A DNA stretch of 64,000 bases from Eledone cirrhosa (lineage: Eukaryota). Each line of letters opens with the position of its first letter. The stretch's first letter is position 1. The position numbers were made by a program, and so were the translations under genes. The notes beneath the pieces were generated by a model. The model was not told the DNA's origin, ran no database searches, and saw only the letters and a list, made by a program, of their open reading frames with translations. Below are positions 15,948 to 30,239 of this stretch, piece by piece. Location of the stretch: the NCBI GenBank assembly GCA_964016885.1, contig OZ024760.1:806001-870000 (forward strand), read 5' to 3'.

Positions 15948-17005
15948 ATGGAGAGTCGATCTAACAGCACTAGGGCTAGAGCCCCTAATTACACTGTCAA
16001 GGAGCAGCCTGGCCGTTATGACTCTGCTGGCTTAGAGCCACAGAGAGGGCCAGTGGATGATGGATCAGCTGTCTCTGAGACAAATATAAAGAATGCAGTT
16101 TTGTCCTGCAGAAGAGCCATCAAAATGGGCACTTTGAATGTGAGGACTATTCGGACGCTGGAGAAGAGAGAGGAGTTGGGACATCTGTTCGAGGAGAGTG
16201 GTATACAGATACTTGCGATCCAAGAACACAGGATTCTACACAATGAGCCCGTGAGGAGTGTGATGATTGGGAAGAAGAGCCAGCTCATCACTACATCGGC
16301 AGTGAAGAACACAACAAATGCTGCAGTAGGAGGAGTGGGTTTTGTGTTCAGTGCAAAAATCAATCTGTTGGTGAGGGAAATAATGCCTATCTCCCCGCGA
16401 GTGTTGAGGGTGACCTTCAATGGAAACCCAAGACTGACAGTCATCTCAGCCTATAGTCCAACCGAGGGGGACAGCGATGTGAATGCGGAAGAGTTCCATG
16501 AGGAGGTGTGTAGAGCTGTCAACACCACTCAGGCACACAATATCCTGCTTGTTTTGGGGGACTTCAATGCACACCTGAGTAAGGAGGGCAGTGAAGATCC
16601 TTGCTGGTACTTACATAACAACACCAACCGAAATGGAAGACTACTGAGAGACACCCTGCTGGAGGCGAACTTGATGGCGACCAACCTAAGGTTTAGGAAG
16701 AATCTGGGGAAGATGTGGACCTACATCTCAGATATGCACCTCTCCAAGTCCCAGATTGATTTCATTCTGGTGAGGAAAAAGTGGCGGAATAGTGTTCTGA
16801 ACACGGAACCATACAGCTATTTCAGTACACTGGGTAGTGACCACCGGCTTGTTATGAGTGAGGTCCGCGTGAGCTTAAGAAAGAGCAAGGCTCAGCCCCG
16901 GAGAACAATCTATGACTGAGGAGCTTTCAAGGAAGATGATAAGCTACAGGAGAGGTTCACAGTGGAAGTGAGAAACAGGTTTAGTGCTCTGTGTGGAGAG
17001 TCAGA

Positions 17006-17006
<1 letters not shown>
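15948..17006 (+). pseudogene. RTE apurinic-like endonuclease (APE) domain, inverted segment
   Basis: TLNVRT, LAIQEH, ISAYSPT, GDFNAH, QIDFILV, SDH motifs. In-frame TGA at 16917-19, then reads on GAFKEDDKLQERFTVEVRNRFSALCGE. Confidence 0.92.
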
Positions 17007-17065
<59 letters not shown>

Positions 17066-17069
<4 letters not shown>

Positions 17070-17520
17070 AACAACAACAAAAACAAAACAAAGATTACCA
17101 GGTAACTTACATTTTGTTACCTCATCTTACAGCCCATTTTTTGCATTGTTTAGCCTTCTATCTCTTTCAACGTTATATATATATATGTGTATATATATTT
17201 ATTAAAATAACAGATTAAAGTTTAAGCAAAGAATCGCTGCTTTCACCCTTTACGGGATCTTCTGAAGCTAACAAAGTCAATCTGTAAACGCATATATATA
17301 TATACACATATATATATATATAGCGTTGAAAGAGATAGAAGGCTAAACAATGCAAAAAATGGGCTGTAAGATGAGGTAACAAAATGTAAGTTACCTGGTA
17401 ATCTTTGTTTTGTTTTTGTTGTTGTTCTTTTTTCTGTCCAATATTTGGGTACCTAAAAGTCTCTTTTTCAGGATTGAAGTCCATTTTGCATTGTTTAGCC
17501 TTCTATCTCTTTCAACGTTA
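17066..17520. repeat. 107-bp inverted repeat pair with a third partial copy (PLE-like insert)
   Basis: Arms 17066-17172 and 17324-17430, partial direct copy 17481-17520. The spacer holds a degenerate minus-strand hammerhead (CAGAAGA-TCCCGTAAAGGGT-GAAA), also related to ~11790-11840. Confidence 0.75.
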
Positions 17521-17569
17521 TATATATATATACAATGCTTCAAGCACAACTATAACATTATATATATAC

Positions 17570-17640
<71 letters not shown>

Positions 17641-17643
17641 TAC

Positions 17644-17756
<113 letters not shown>

Positions 17757-18371
17757 TATAATATACATATATATCTGTTAGAACACGAAAAGTGTGAAAC
17801 AACAGAATGTTCACTTTTCGTGTTCTAACATATATGCCTAGCTTCTATAAAAAATTTTCGGGGATAGCCGTGGTGGTGGTGATCGTATGTCATTGGCTAA
17901 TTTTCAACCAATCAGAGTACCTCTCTCTATATCTCTTCCACTGTTACTTACGCCTGTTTCTCTCTATCTGTTCCGTCTCTATATATATCTCTTACTCTTT
18001 CGCTTTGCACTCCTCCCCTTCAATACCATCTCTCCCCCTCTCTATATATTTGTTACTCTATCGCTGCACGCTCCTCTCCTTCAATATATCAATTACACAC
18101 GCTTTACACTCCTTTATCCCCAGCGCCCCTATATATACACCCCCCCCCCTCTCCCGCATCTATATTTTAATGTACCGTTGCACCGTGAATATATGTGTCT
18201 ATATATATATATACATATATATTGTATATACACATTCATGTATGTGTATACACACTCATGTATGTATATACACTGGTTTTATGTGTGTATTGTAAATTTG
18301 TACTGTTAAAACACGAAACTAACATTCGATTGACACTTTGATTACCTGTACAGGCAATAGTTATTAGAATG

Positions 18372-18410
18372 CTGTTGAAGTGTGTATATATTTTTGGGGG
18401 ACATCCTGTA
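18372..18410 (-). mobile_element. Tc1/mariner-type terminal fragment
   Basis: Reverse complement begins TA-CAGGATGTCCCCCAAAAATATATACACACTT, similar to Tc1 TIR starts. No partner end found. Confidence 0.4.
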
Positions 18411-19192
18411 TATACACACATTATATATAATACAATAAACAGATAAATACACACATATATATATGAGCTTATTTAATTATAAATATTGTGAATTTTTAAC
18501 TCAGTTCAATTATATATATAAATGGCTTCTACAGGACTAGAACTGTTTCATTCGAAAGAAATCATCATAATATTGAGAGGGGGGACTAGATAAAATATTT
18601 CAAATCAAATGTGTATAAGTTATAAGTTAAAATGTATAAATAGAGACGATAGTAGAGGTATATCTGTTTAGTGGAACAGTAGACGATAGAATTAAATACA
18701 GACGATAATCTCCCTTTAATGAAACAGCAGACGATAGAATTAAGGCAATTTAAATTTTAAGCATTTGCATTTTTGCCTTTCATCGTTACGGGGTCGATAA
18801 AATAAAGTACCAGTAATACACTGTCACTAGACGACTTTCAAATTGAATTGTTGGTTCCATTTCTTTAGTATTTTCAATTGTAGTTATCTACTTAAAAAGC
18901 GTTACACGGTTAGAGACATAATTCGTAAGTTATATCTTCCCTATTAAACCATTGCATTATTTCGCCTACAATAGAACAAAAATGAAATGTTCTTTAAAGA
19001 AACAGGAATATAACTTTATAAAAAAAAAAGTTGCATCCGCTTCTTTTATCATTGATAATTTTTTCGTTTTAATATTAATTGTTTTTTGTAGTTGTTTATA
19101 TTAAAAATCTTACTGTAATATTTACTTAAACGAAGGCAAACATCTAAACTTATAGATTAATCTTGAGCGAAGGACTAGATAAATCTCTCTCC

Positions 19193-19248
<56 letters not shown>

Positions 19249-19634
19249 GAAGAATGATAAAATTTCAAGCAAAGAGTTTAATTAGGTATATTTTGTAATA
19301 TTATTAACTAATTATTATAATTAACGCGCATATTTTGCTATCCTCAAACACGTTTACACATGGCATGAAATATAACTAATCCGAGATGGCTAGGTTTCAT
19401 CTTCTAACTGGATATACGAAATCCATTATGTCTTGACAACAACATGAGGTAACATTATGTTATTCACAGACACACTTTGTACACTGTTCCATATCAGAAT
19501 GTATTTCCTTCGTCACATTCACAAACAGTATTGAAAATATGTTCTTCGGCAAATAAAAATGTTTTGTTCATAATATTTCAACTAGCGATTGCTCTACTCC
19601 ACGCACAACCACCATAAATTAATGACCAGCTCAA

Positions 19635-19811
19635 CACAAGTATTGGTAGAGCGTCAGACACCATGCTTTGCAGTATTGTTATGGTCCTTTGCATTCTAAG
19701 TTCAAATCCTGCCGAGGTTAACTTCGACTTTCATACTTACTAATTCGATAAAATAAAGTACCAGTAATGGACTGCCGTAATGGATTTGTGCCGAAAAATA
19801 GAAACACTATT
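19635..19811 (+). mobile_element. SINE family A, diverged
   Basis: GGTAGAGCGTCAGAC...AAGTTCAAATCC...CGATAAAATAAAGTACCAGT...AGAAACACTATT. A further fragment lies at ~18770-18823. Confidence 0.75.
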
Positions 19812-20362
19812 AATGTGCAATAAGAGCAAAATATAACGACATTGCTCAATTATTTTATCTAATGTTGTAATAACACAAGGAAATGTTGTTTGTGTATTTT
19901 TTTTTATATTTGCTCATAGGCTTTTACAATTTCGCTCAGCCAACAACTATTAAAAAGTGAGTTGCTTAAGATAACAATTTAATCACAAATTGTTGCTATC
20001 TTTTAATACACTCCAACAAGTCATCAAATTATGTACAATAAAAACAAATCTTATTAATTTGCTCAGGGAATATAAAGAAAATGTATATACACTGATAATT
20101 GCAATTGTATGTAAATATTTTGTTTTTGTATTGTATATTTTATGTTTTCTATTATGTATAATATATTGATTTAATATTGATTGTTTTTTGTAGTTGTTTA
20201 TATTAAAAGTCTGAAAATATTTTTATACATCTTACACTAATATTTATAAGATAATTTATAATAACAATTACATAATCTAATTACATTACAACGATAATTT
20301 ATTATTAATATATATCCTGTTTAACTAGAGTTATTACAAGCGTTGCCTTAAAAAAATATTAA

Positions 20363-21309
20363 ACTAGACATGAAAAATGCGCAAGCTCAAAAGTGCCACA
20401 GAATGTTATAATAAACCTTCAAAAGTGTGGGACTAGAGTTGTTGCTAAAAAATATTGTAATCATTATATATCGTACATTCTGTGGCATCCTTTATAAAAA
20501 TAGCTTAAACCAACGAAGCCTTTATTTTTACGCTATTTCACTTAGTTAATTCTTAGAGTGTAACATATAAAAATAAATACATCTATGTTTAATGTAATAA
20601 CAGCTATAAATAATTACGTAATATTATTATCATATACTCATAGTAACAAAATAATTGTGTTGAAACTTAATATGATGCTTATATGAACGATCAAATCTAT
20701 AATGATAATTTCTTAAATATACTAATAGTAAAATAATTTAGTTATCTATTGTTACATTTTCATAGAACTATAATATTAACAATCGTATTGCATTATCAAA
20801 TTTTTATCACTACAAACTTTCATATTGGAATTACCTTAAGCCACTTATTATTACTTCGCTTTCGTACTTTTACAGCTGTAGATATTGCGCTGTATCTTAT
20901 ATCTAATATCAATATCTCGTGGTAATTTGCATGAAGTGTAAAATAGGTTTATTAATAACTTTAATATGAAATGTATTATACAGGGCTGCGGAGTCGGCCA
21001 AAAATTGACTCAGGATCCGATACTCCATTATTTCCTAAATTTCAGCTCCGCAACTCTGTTATTATATTAATTAATTTATTTTATAGTTGTAAATCATATT
21101 TTTATATGTTACACTCTAAGAATTAACTAAGTGAAATAGCGTAAAAATAAAGGCTTCGTTGGTTTAAGCTATTTTTATAAAGGATGCCACAGAATGTACG
21201 ATATATAATGATTACAATATTTTTTAGCAACAACTCTAGTCCCACACTTTTGAAGGTTTATTATAACATTCTGTGGCACTTTTGAGCTTGCGCATTTTTC
21301 ATGTCTAGT
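20363..21309. repeat. 213-bp inverted repeat pair with 521-bp spacer
   Basis: 20363-20575 is the reverse complement of 21097-21309. The right arm abuts (TA)n. Confidence 0.9.
20981..21058. mobile_element. 78-bp hAT-type MITE
   Basis: TIRs CAGGGCTGCGGAG / CTCCGCAACTCTG. Flanks GTATTATA / TTATTATA match at 7 of 8, consistent with an 8-bp TSD. Confidence 0.6.
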
Positions 21310-21454
21310 ATAATATATATATATATATAAAATATATATATAATATATATATATATTATATATATATATTATATATATATATATTATATATATATATATA
21401 TTATATATATATATATTATATATATGTATATTATATATATATATGTATATTATA

Positions 21455-21494
<40 letters not shown>

Positions 21495-21529
21495 AAAGAA
21501 TAGAGGTGTAACACACAAGTTATTATATA

Positions 21530-21985
21530 TTGGTAAACGGAATAGAAAATGCTGACAAATTGTTCACAGTTGAAAATGGTTTAATTAGGAATAAATGAGT
21601 ATTAGTGATTGTATGGGTTAGTAATCAGTTGTGGTTTTAAGTTTTTAAGTTTTTACCGGTTGCGCATTTCTAAATGCTTTTCAAAAATAATTTTGAGATA
21701 GAGTGTCCGTGCTGTTTGCTCTGATCTGATTAGTTTTGGGAATTCTACCTGTTTTTATGTTAAAAAAGTGGCTCCAATTTGCAAAAATTCTTGTGGTCAA
21801 AACAATTTTGATTGGTCGGTAGAGGTCATGTGAATGTAAAAAATTGATTTTGCGCCAAGACTGTTTTTATGTTAAAAAAGTGGCTCCAGCAAAAATTCTT
21901 GTGGTCAAAACAATTGGTCGGTAGAGGTCATGTGAATAAAAAAGTGGTTTTGCGCCAAGATTGAGAAATGACTCTTTCACAACAA

Positions 21986-22027
<42 letters not shown>

Positions 22028-22099
22028 TAGTAGTAGTAGTAAGGTGTTCGATGTTGTGATAATGGTTAGCAGCGATGTGTGTCAAATGGCTATTAAGAT

Positions 22100-22140
<41 letters not shown>

Positions 22141-22300
22141 GCAGAGTAATTCGCGGTGGCAGGGATGGTCAGTAAGAATGTGTCTGAAAGCAATGGGGGG
22201 TATTTTAGCATGTCAAAAGATATTTTTCAGCTTTTGTCTTATACGGAGAAGTGCATGTGTGTGTGTATATATAAGTCTCTTTGTATGTTGATGTACGCGT

Positions 22301-22381
<81 letters not shown>

Positions 22382-22596
22382 TGTGTGTGTTTGTGTGTGA
22401 GGGTGGACCAGTATATTTTTTTTTTTTTTTTTTTCTTTTTAAACTTAAAAACTTAAAAACTTAAAATCTTAAAAACTTAAAAACTTAAAACCACAAATGA
22501 ATACTAACCCATACAATCACTAATACTCTTTTATTCCTAATTAAACCATTTTTCAACTGTGAACAATTTGTCACCATTTTCTATTCCGTTTACCAA
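21530..22596. mobile_element. non-autonomous DNA transposon/MITE with ~130-bp TIRs
   Basis: Termini TTGGTAAACGGAATAGAAAATG... / ...CATTTTCTATTCCGTTTACCAA. Subterminal TTTTAAG repeats. Internal ~110-bp duplication at 21749-21960. TA flanks. Confidence 0.8.
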
Positions 22597-22852
22597 TATA
22601 TATATATATATATATATAATATAATATAATATAATATAATATATATAATATAATATTATATATAATATATATATAATATAATATAATATAATATAATATA
22701 ATATAATATAATATATATATATAATATATATATATATATATAATATATATATAATATATATATATATAATAAATATATATATATATATAATATATATATA
22801 TATTTATATATATATATAATATAATATATATATATATAATATAATATTATAT

Positions 22853-22894
<42 letters not shown>

Positions 22895-22917
22895 TGTGAG
22901 TTATATATATATTATAA

Positions 22918-22988
22918 TTGTGAGTTCGATTCCTGGACCAGGCCATACGTTATGTCCTTGAGCAAGACACTTTATTTCACGTTGCTCC
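22918..22988 (+). mobile_element. SINE family B fragment
   Basis: B box GAGTTCGATTCC followed by GTCCTTGAGCAAGACACTTTATTTCAC. Homologous to 55200-55365 (minus). Confidence 0.7.
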
Positions 22989-23086
22989 TTCTACCTGGAG
23001 TTGCGACCGATAGATAGTATTAGCAGTTGGAAAGACCAACGGAAACATTGTTTCCTCGGTCCGATTTGACGAAAGTCGATCGTTCG

Positions 23087-23131
<45 letters not shown>

Positions 23132-23133
<2 letters not shown>

Positions 23134-23630
23134 AACATAAATTATCGAGATTCGCACTTCGGCCCACGAAATAACGAAAAACAACCTCCGAGATGTGCGG
23201 CAAGTGCTCAATGGTTCAGATGAACCAGAGCTATAACAAACGTTAAAGGCCAAACACACTGAGACGATGGTTAAACAATCATTCGCATAGCCAAAAAAAC
23301 GATCAAGTAATTCGGGTATTAAAAAATTTACCCGGACCTCTGGAAGGTTGGTAAAATCCAGTATTTGGGTTTCTGCGGCTCCTAAATCAAGTACCATCCG
23401 CCTACATAAATAATATCAGGCTTCTGGTAAGATGATTGAACAAGGAAGCCACTTTCTCAACAGGTTTTAGTTCAATGTTAATACAAGGACTGACTATTGC
23501 TGACTCCACGTGGGGATCGGCAAGGGAGGCAGCCCCTATATCAGGCGAATAAATTCAGTTGTGTATATTTTTGCAAGAATGCAAAAACATCACAAATCGA
23601 ATAGAGTTCTCAACAGAAGGGTTAAAATTA
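23132..23630 (-). mobile_element. diverged relative of the 615-bp unit
   Basis: Minus strand GTTATAGCTCTGGTTCATCTGAACCATTGAGCACTTGCCGC matches 11009-11050. The AGAAACCCA...GGTCCGGGTA block is also shared. Confidence 0.7.
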
Positions 23631-23908
23631 ATACATATATATATATATTCCGATAATTTGAGACACAGACTATTTAAGGTTGAGTTGCGCAACTTCGAGT
23701 GATTAGCAACCTTTAGACTCACCTGATCAATGAAACAATTGTTAATACTGTAAATAAAATAAAACTCTTTTTGTAGAGCCGACCATGTTATTCTTGACTC
23801 TGTCACTATATATATCTATCTATCTCTCTCTCTCTGTATATATATATATATATATACACGTATACATATGTATATATATTTATATATATATGTGTGTGGT
23901 TATAAACA

Positions 23909-23944
<36 letters not shown>

Positions 23945-23946
<2 letters not shown>

Positions 23947-24386
23947 AAAGTTATATTTAAAATTGTTGGGTTACAACTAGTAAATATTTATAACTGATAT
24001 AAAAGCACTCGACAAATATTTGGAGTATATTTACAATATTAAATAAATGGAAACTATATTTATAAAACCATATTTATTTCATTATATATATTTCGGGGAT
24101 ATCATATTAACAATATGCTATGCCTTCCTCAGACAAAATACAATATAAACAGTTTTATAGATAAATAGATTCGACATACCGTAATAACATCGACTTGCAT
24201 TTGAAGAGGTTTAACCTCTTCAAATGCAAGTCGATGTTATTACGGTATGTCGAATCTATTTATCTATAAAACTGTTTATATTGTATTTTGTCTGAGGAAG
24301 GCATAGCATATTGTTAATATGATATCCCCGAAATATATATAATGAAATAAATATGGTTTTATAAATATAGTTTCCATTTATTTAAT

Positions 24387-24392
<6 letters not shown>
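23945..24392 (-). mobile_element. palindromic PLE-like insert (180-bp arms, centre 24212) plus tail
   Basis: 24032-24211 is the reverse complement of 24213-24392. Tail 23945-24031. (TA)n flanks. Confidence 0.85.
24284..24349 (+). ncRNA. minimal type I hammerhead (mirror copy on minus strand 24075-24140)
   Basis: TATTTTGT-CTGAGGA-stem II-GAAA(24330-33)-TATATA-TA-ATGAAATA. Stem III is palindromic. Confidence 0.65.
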
Positions 24393-24435
<43 letters not shown>

Positions 24436-24493
24436 ACTATTTTGGTACTGAGTACTCCTTTCTCTTAGTCGTCAACCACTTAAAGATAGCTAC

Positions 24494-24608
<115 letters not shown>

Positions 24609-24867
24609 GGCGTGTAGATGGAGTTTAAGAACCGTGTTCTGATTACGGAGCAATCGGATTATTTTTCACGGTTGAACACATATTGGTTACACCGTGGGGG
24701 CTTACTGAGCGTGGTGTGTGGGGACTCTTGTGGTGTGGGGGGATCGTGTTGGTAGTTGGTGGTGGTGCTGGTAGAGATGTTAGCGTTGTTTTGAAAATAC
24801 ATTTAGTTGCTATTTTTAGCATTTTTACAAACCACTTAGGGGGGGGGGCATTCGTAGCTGTTGACAT

Positions 24868-25087
24868 TAGGATTGGCAGTATCGGTAGAGGGCCGGGCGC
24901 CTTGCTTTGTGGCATAGAGTTACGGCCCTTTACGGTCTCAGTTAGAAACCCGCCGAGATTAACTTTGCCTTTAATCATTACGGGGTCGATATAATAGAGC
25001 ACCAGTAACGTACTGGGGTCGATTTGACTTTCGAATTGACTTTCCCCGCCCCCCAAAAATTACTGGCCTAGAGTAGAAATAATTATT
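24868..25087 (+). mobile_element. SINE family A
   Basis: GGATTGGCAGTATCGGTAGAG head and GGGGTCGAT...ACCAGTA body. Confidence 0.8.
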
Positions 25088-25343
25088 ATGCAGAGTAAGT
25101 AGAATTTTGATGATGTCAACATCAGAAGAGCATCAGTTACCACTAGTGTCCCCTCATTCTTGTTGTCGTTGTTGCTGTTGTCGTCGTTGTATTGTATATC
25201 TATCGGGTGGGTATCTACACCCAACAACGGTATGTTATGTAAATTTGTAGCGATTGGGCTGGAACTCAGGGGCGATGTGAACAAATACACGTGCGCGCAG
25301 TATATATATATATATATATGTGTGTGTATGTATATATATAAAC

Positions 25344-25456
<113 letters not shown>

Positions 25457-25459
25457 AAC

Positions 25460-25497
<38 letters not shown>

Positions 25498-25661
25498 GTG
25501 TATATTCAAAAATATATGCATGCACATATATAATAAATATATATATATACATATATATATATTATATTATATTATATACACATATATATATATTATATTA
25601 TATTATATACACATATATATATATATATTATATTATATTATATATATTATATTATATTATG

Positions 25662-25710
<49 letters not shown>

Positions 25711-25816
25711 TATGATGTATATATATACTATCCTATCGGTGATGTCTAATCTATATACTAAGATATATATATAGACTGTGATAAATATATATATATATGC
25801 ATGTATATGTATGTAT

Positions 25817-25858
<42 letters not shown>

Positions 25859-25986
25859 CGTTTTCACCAGTTTCACCATTATAAGCAGGCGTGGCATAAG
25901 AATAATAAAAGAGAAATGCCATTAGGACTCTCAAGGCACCATTGTGTAGAAGGTCTGCAGAGACCAAACCCATTGTGTTGGTGCTC

Positions 25987-26038
<52 letters not shown>

Positions 26039-26142
26039 GTGTGTATGCATCAACATCTGTGCTTTTGTATAAGTATGTGTGCGTATGTATATATAGAGAT
26101 AGATAAATAGGTTGATGGTTGATAGACAAATAGATGTGCACG

Positions 26143-26331
<189 letters not shown>

Positions 26332-26341
26332 ATATATATAC

Positions 26342-26373
<32 letters not shown>

Positions 26374-26438
26374 ATATATATATATATACATATCTATATA
26401 CATGTCTATAAATATGTAATTTTATATATATAATATCT

Positions 26439-26485
<47 letters not shown>

Positions 26486-26519
26486 GTAAATATATATATA
26501 TATATACATTGTATATATT

Positions 26520-26579
<60 letters not shown>

Positions 26580-26601
26580 CATGTATATATATACATACAT
26601 G

Positions 26602-26635
<34 letters not shown>

Positions 26636-26886
26636 TTTACATATTACATATTATATATATATATATATACATTGTATATATTTGTATATATATATATATA
26701 TATATATATGATGTACATGTATATGTCTGTGTGGGTATTGTCACGCAGCTTAATACCAAAATCTAGAATATCAGGCTCAACACACTACAGGCCCTTGTGG
26801 CCAACTAAGCAAAGAATACTATTATTATTATCATTATTATCATTGTTATTATTGTTATTTTAATATTATCATTATTTTTATTATTA

Positions 26887-26933
<47 letters not shown>

Positions 26934-27119
26934 GTTAGCATTATTGTTATTATTATTATTATTGTTATTGTTGTTGTTATGGAGGAGGCGGATTCCTTCC
27001 AGAAGTGTCTTACTTTAAATATTTACAATTTGAGAAAAAAAAGGCCAAGTCAGTGGTTTATATAATAACTCGTTCTAAAGTCTGGGAACGACAAATTGGT
27101 CACTGGCAGACAGCAGCAG

Positions 27120-30100
27120 CAGCTACTACTACAACAACAACAACTATAGCTACAATAAATGCAACAACAACAACAACAACAATAGCTACAATAAAAGCAA
27201 CAACAACAACAACAATAGCTACAATAAAAGCAACAACAACAACAATAGCTACAATAAATGCAACAACAACAACAACAACAACAACAATAGCTACAATAAA
27301 TGCAACAACAACAACAACAACAACAACAATAGCTACAATAAATGCAACAACAACAATAGCTACAATAAATGCAACAACAACAACAACAACACCAACAACA
27401 ACAATAGCTACAATAAATGCAACCCCAACAACAACAACAACAATAACTACAATAAATGCAACAACAACAACAACAACAATAGCTACAATAAATGCAACAA
27501 CAACAGCAACAACAACAATAGCTACAATAAATGCAACAACAACAACAACAACAACAACAATAGCTACAATAAATGCAACAACAACAACAACAACAATAGC
27601 TACAATAAATGCAACAACAACAACAACATCAACAATAGCTACAATAAATGCAACAACAACAACAACAACAATAGCTACAATAAATGCAACAACAACAACA
27701 ACAATAGCTACAATAAATGCAACAACAACAACAACAACAACAATAGCTACAATAAATGCAACAACAACAACAACATCAACAATAGCTACAATAAATGCAA
27801 CAACAACAACAACATCAACAATAGCTACAATAAATGCAACAACAACAACAACAATAGCTACAATAAATGTAACAACAACAACAACAATAGCTACAATAAA
27901 TGCAACAACAACAACAACAATAGCTACAATAAATGCAACGACAACAATAACAACAACAATAGCTACAACAAATGCAACAACAACAACAACAACAACAATA
28001 GCTACAATAAATGCAACGACAACAACAACAACAACAATAGCTACAATAAATGCAACAACAACAACAACAACAACAATAGCTACAATAAATACAACGACAA
28101 CAACAACAACAATAGCTACAATAAATGCAACAACAACAACAACAACAATAGCTACAATAAATGCAACAACAACAACAACATCAACAATAGCTACAATAAA
28201 TGCAACAACAACAACAACAACAATAGCTACAATAAATGCAACAACAACAACAACAATAGCTACAATAAATGCAACAACAACAACAACAACAACAACAATA
28301 GCTACAATAAATGCAACAACAACAACAACATCAACAATAGCTACAATAAATGCAACAACAACAACAATAGCTACAATAAATGTAACAACAACAACAACAA
28401 TAGCTACAATAAATGCAACAACAACAACAACAATAGCTACAATAAATGCAACGACAACAATAACAACAACAATAGCTACAACAAATGCAACAACAACAAC
28501 AACAACAACAATAGCTACAATAAATGCAACGACAACAACAACAACAACAATAGCTACAATAAATGAAACCCCAACAACAACAACAACAACAACAATAGCT
28601 ACAATAAATGCAACGACAACAACAACAACAACAATAGCTACAATAAATGCAACGACAACAACAACAACAATAGCTACAATAAATACAACAACAACAACAA
28701 CAACAACAATAGCTACAATAAATGCAACGACAACAACAACAACAACAATAGCTACAATAAATGCAACGACAACAACAACAACAATAGCTACAATAAATAC
28801 AACAACAACAACAACAACAATAGCTACAATAAATGCAACAACAACAACAACAGCAACAATAGCTACAATAAATGCAACAACAACAACAACAACAATAGCT
28901 ACAATAAATGCAACGACAACAACAACAATAGCTACAATAAATGCAACAACAACAACAAAAACAATAGCTACAATAAATGCAAAGACAACAACAACAATAG
29001 CTACAATAAATGCAACAACAACAACAACAACAACAATAGCTAGAATAAATGCAACGACAACAACAACAACAACAATAGCTACAATAAATGCAACGACAAC
29101 AACAACAATAGCTACAATAAATGCAACGACAACAACAACAACAATAGCTACAATAAATGCAACGACAACAACAACAACAACAATAGCTACAATAAATGCA
29201 ACAACAACAACAACAGCAATAGCTAGAATAAATGCAACGACAACAACAACAATAGCTACAATAAATGCAACGACAACAACAACAACAACAATAGCTACAA
29301 TAAATGCAACAACAACAACAACAGCAATAGCTACAATAAATGCAACGACAACAACAACAATAGCTACAATAAATGCAACGACAACAACAACAACAACAAT
29401 AGCTACAATAAATGCAACAACAACAACAACAGCAATAGCTACAATAAATGCAACGACAACAACAACAATAGCTACAATAAATGCAACGACAACAACAACA
29501 ATAGCTACAATAAATGCAACGACAACAACAACAACAACAATAGCTACAATAAATGCAACAACAACAACAACAGCAATAGCTACAATAAATGCAACGACAA
29601 CAACAACAATAGCTACAATAAATGCAACGACAACAACAACAACAATAGCTACAATAAATGCAACGACAACAACAACAACAACAATAGCTACAATAAATGC
29701 AACAACAACAACAACAGCAATAGCTACAATAAATGCAACGACAACAACAACAATAGCTACAATAAATGCAACGACAACAACAACAACAATAGCTACAATA
29801 AATGCAACAACAACAACAACAACAACAATAGCTACAATAAATGCAACGACAACAACAACAACAACAATAGCTACAATAAATGCAACGACAACAACAACAA
29901 CAATAGCTACAATAAATGCAACAACAACAGCAACAACAACAATAGCTACAATAAATGCAACAACAACAACAACAATAGCTACAATAAATGCAACAACAAC
30001 AGCAACAACAACAATAGCTAGAATAAATGCAACGACAACAACAACAATAGCTACAATAAATGCAACCACAACAACAACAACAATAGCTACAATAAAAGCA

Positions 30101-30230
30101 ACAACAACAACAACAATAGCTACAATAAATGCAACAACAACAACAACAACAATAGCTACAATAAATGCAACCACAACAACAACAACAATAGCGACAATAA
30201 ATTCAACAACGACGACAACAACAACAACAA
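27120..30230. repeat. minisatellite (ACA)n-ATAGCTACAATAAATGCA with variable unit length
   Basis: Directly visible. Unit lengths are multiples of 3, so frames stay open on both strands. Confidence 0.95.
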
Positions 30231-30239
30231 AAATAAAAG

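Larger units (their letters stand above)
13702..17008 (-). mobile_element. RTE-clade non-LTR retrotransposon, near full length, 5' half inverted
   Basis: RT on the minus strand 13702-15720. 5'UTR and APE endonuclease on the plus strand 15721-17008. (TA)n at both ends. Confidence 0.92.

Noticed and set aside
17776-17830. Hairpin TGTTAGAACACGAAAAGTG...CACTTTTCGTGTTCTAACA as terminator or miRNA
   Set aside because: More likely the terminus of an unclassified repeat. No supporting evidence for an RNA gene.
18525-18580. Minus-strand ATGATGA...GAAA...GTC hammerhead-like string
   Set aside because: C3 is missing and there is no stem I pairing, so it is too degenerate to call.
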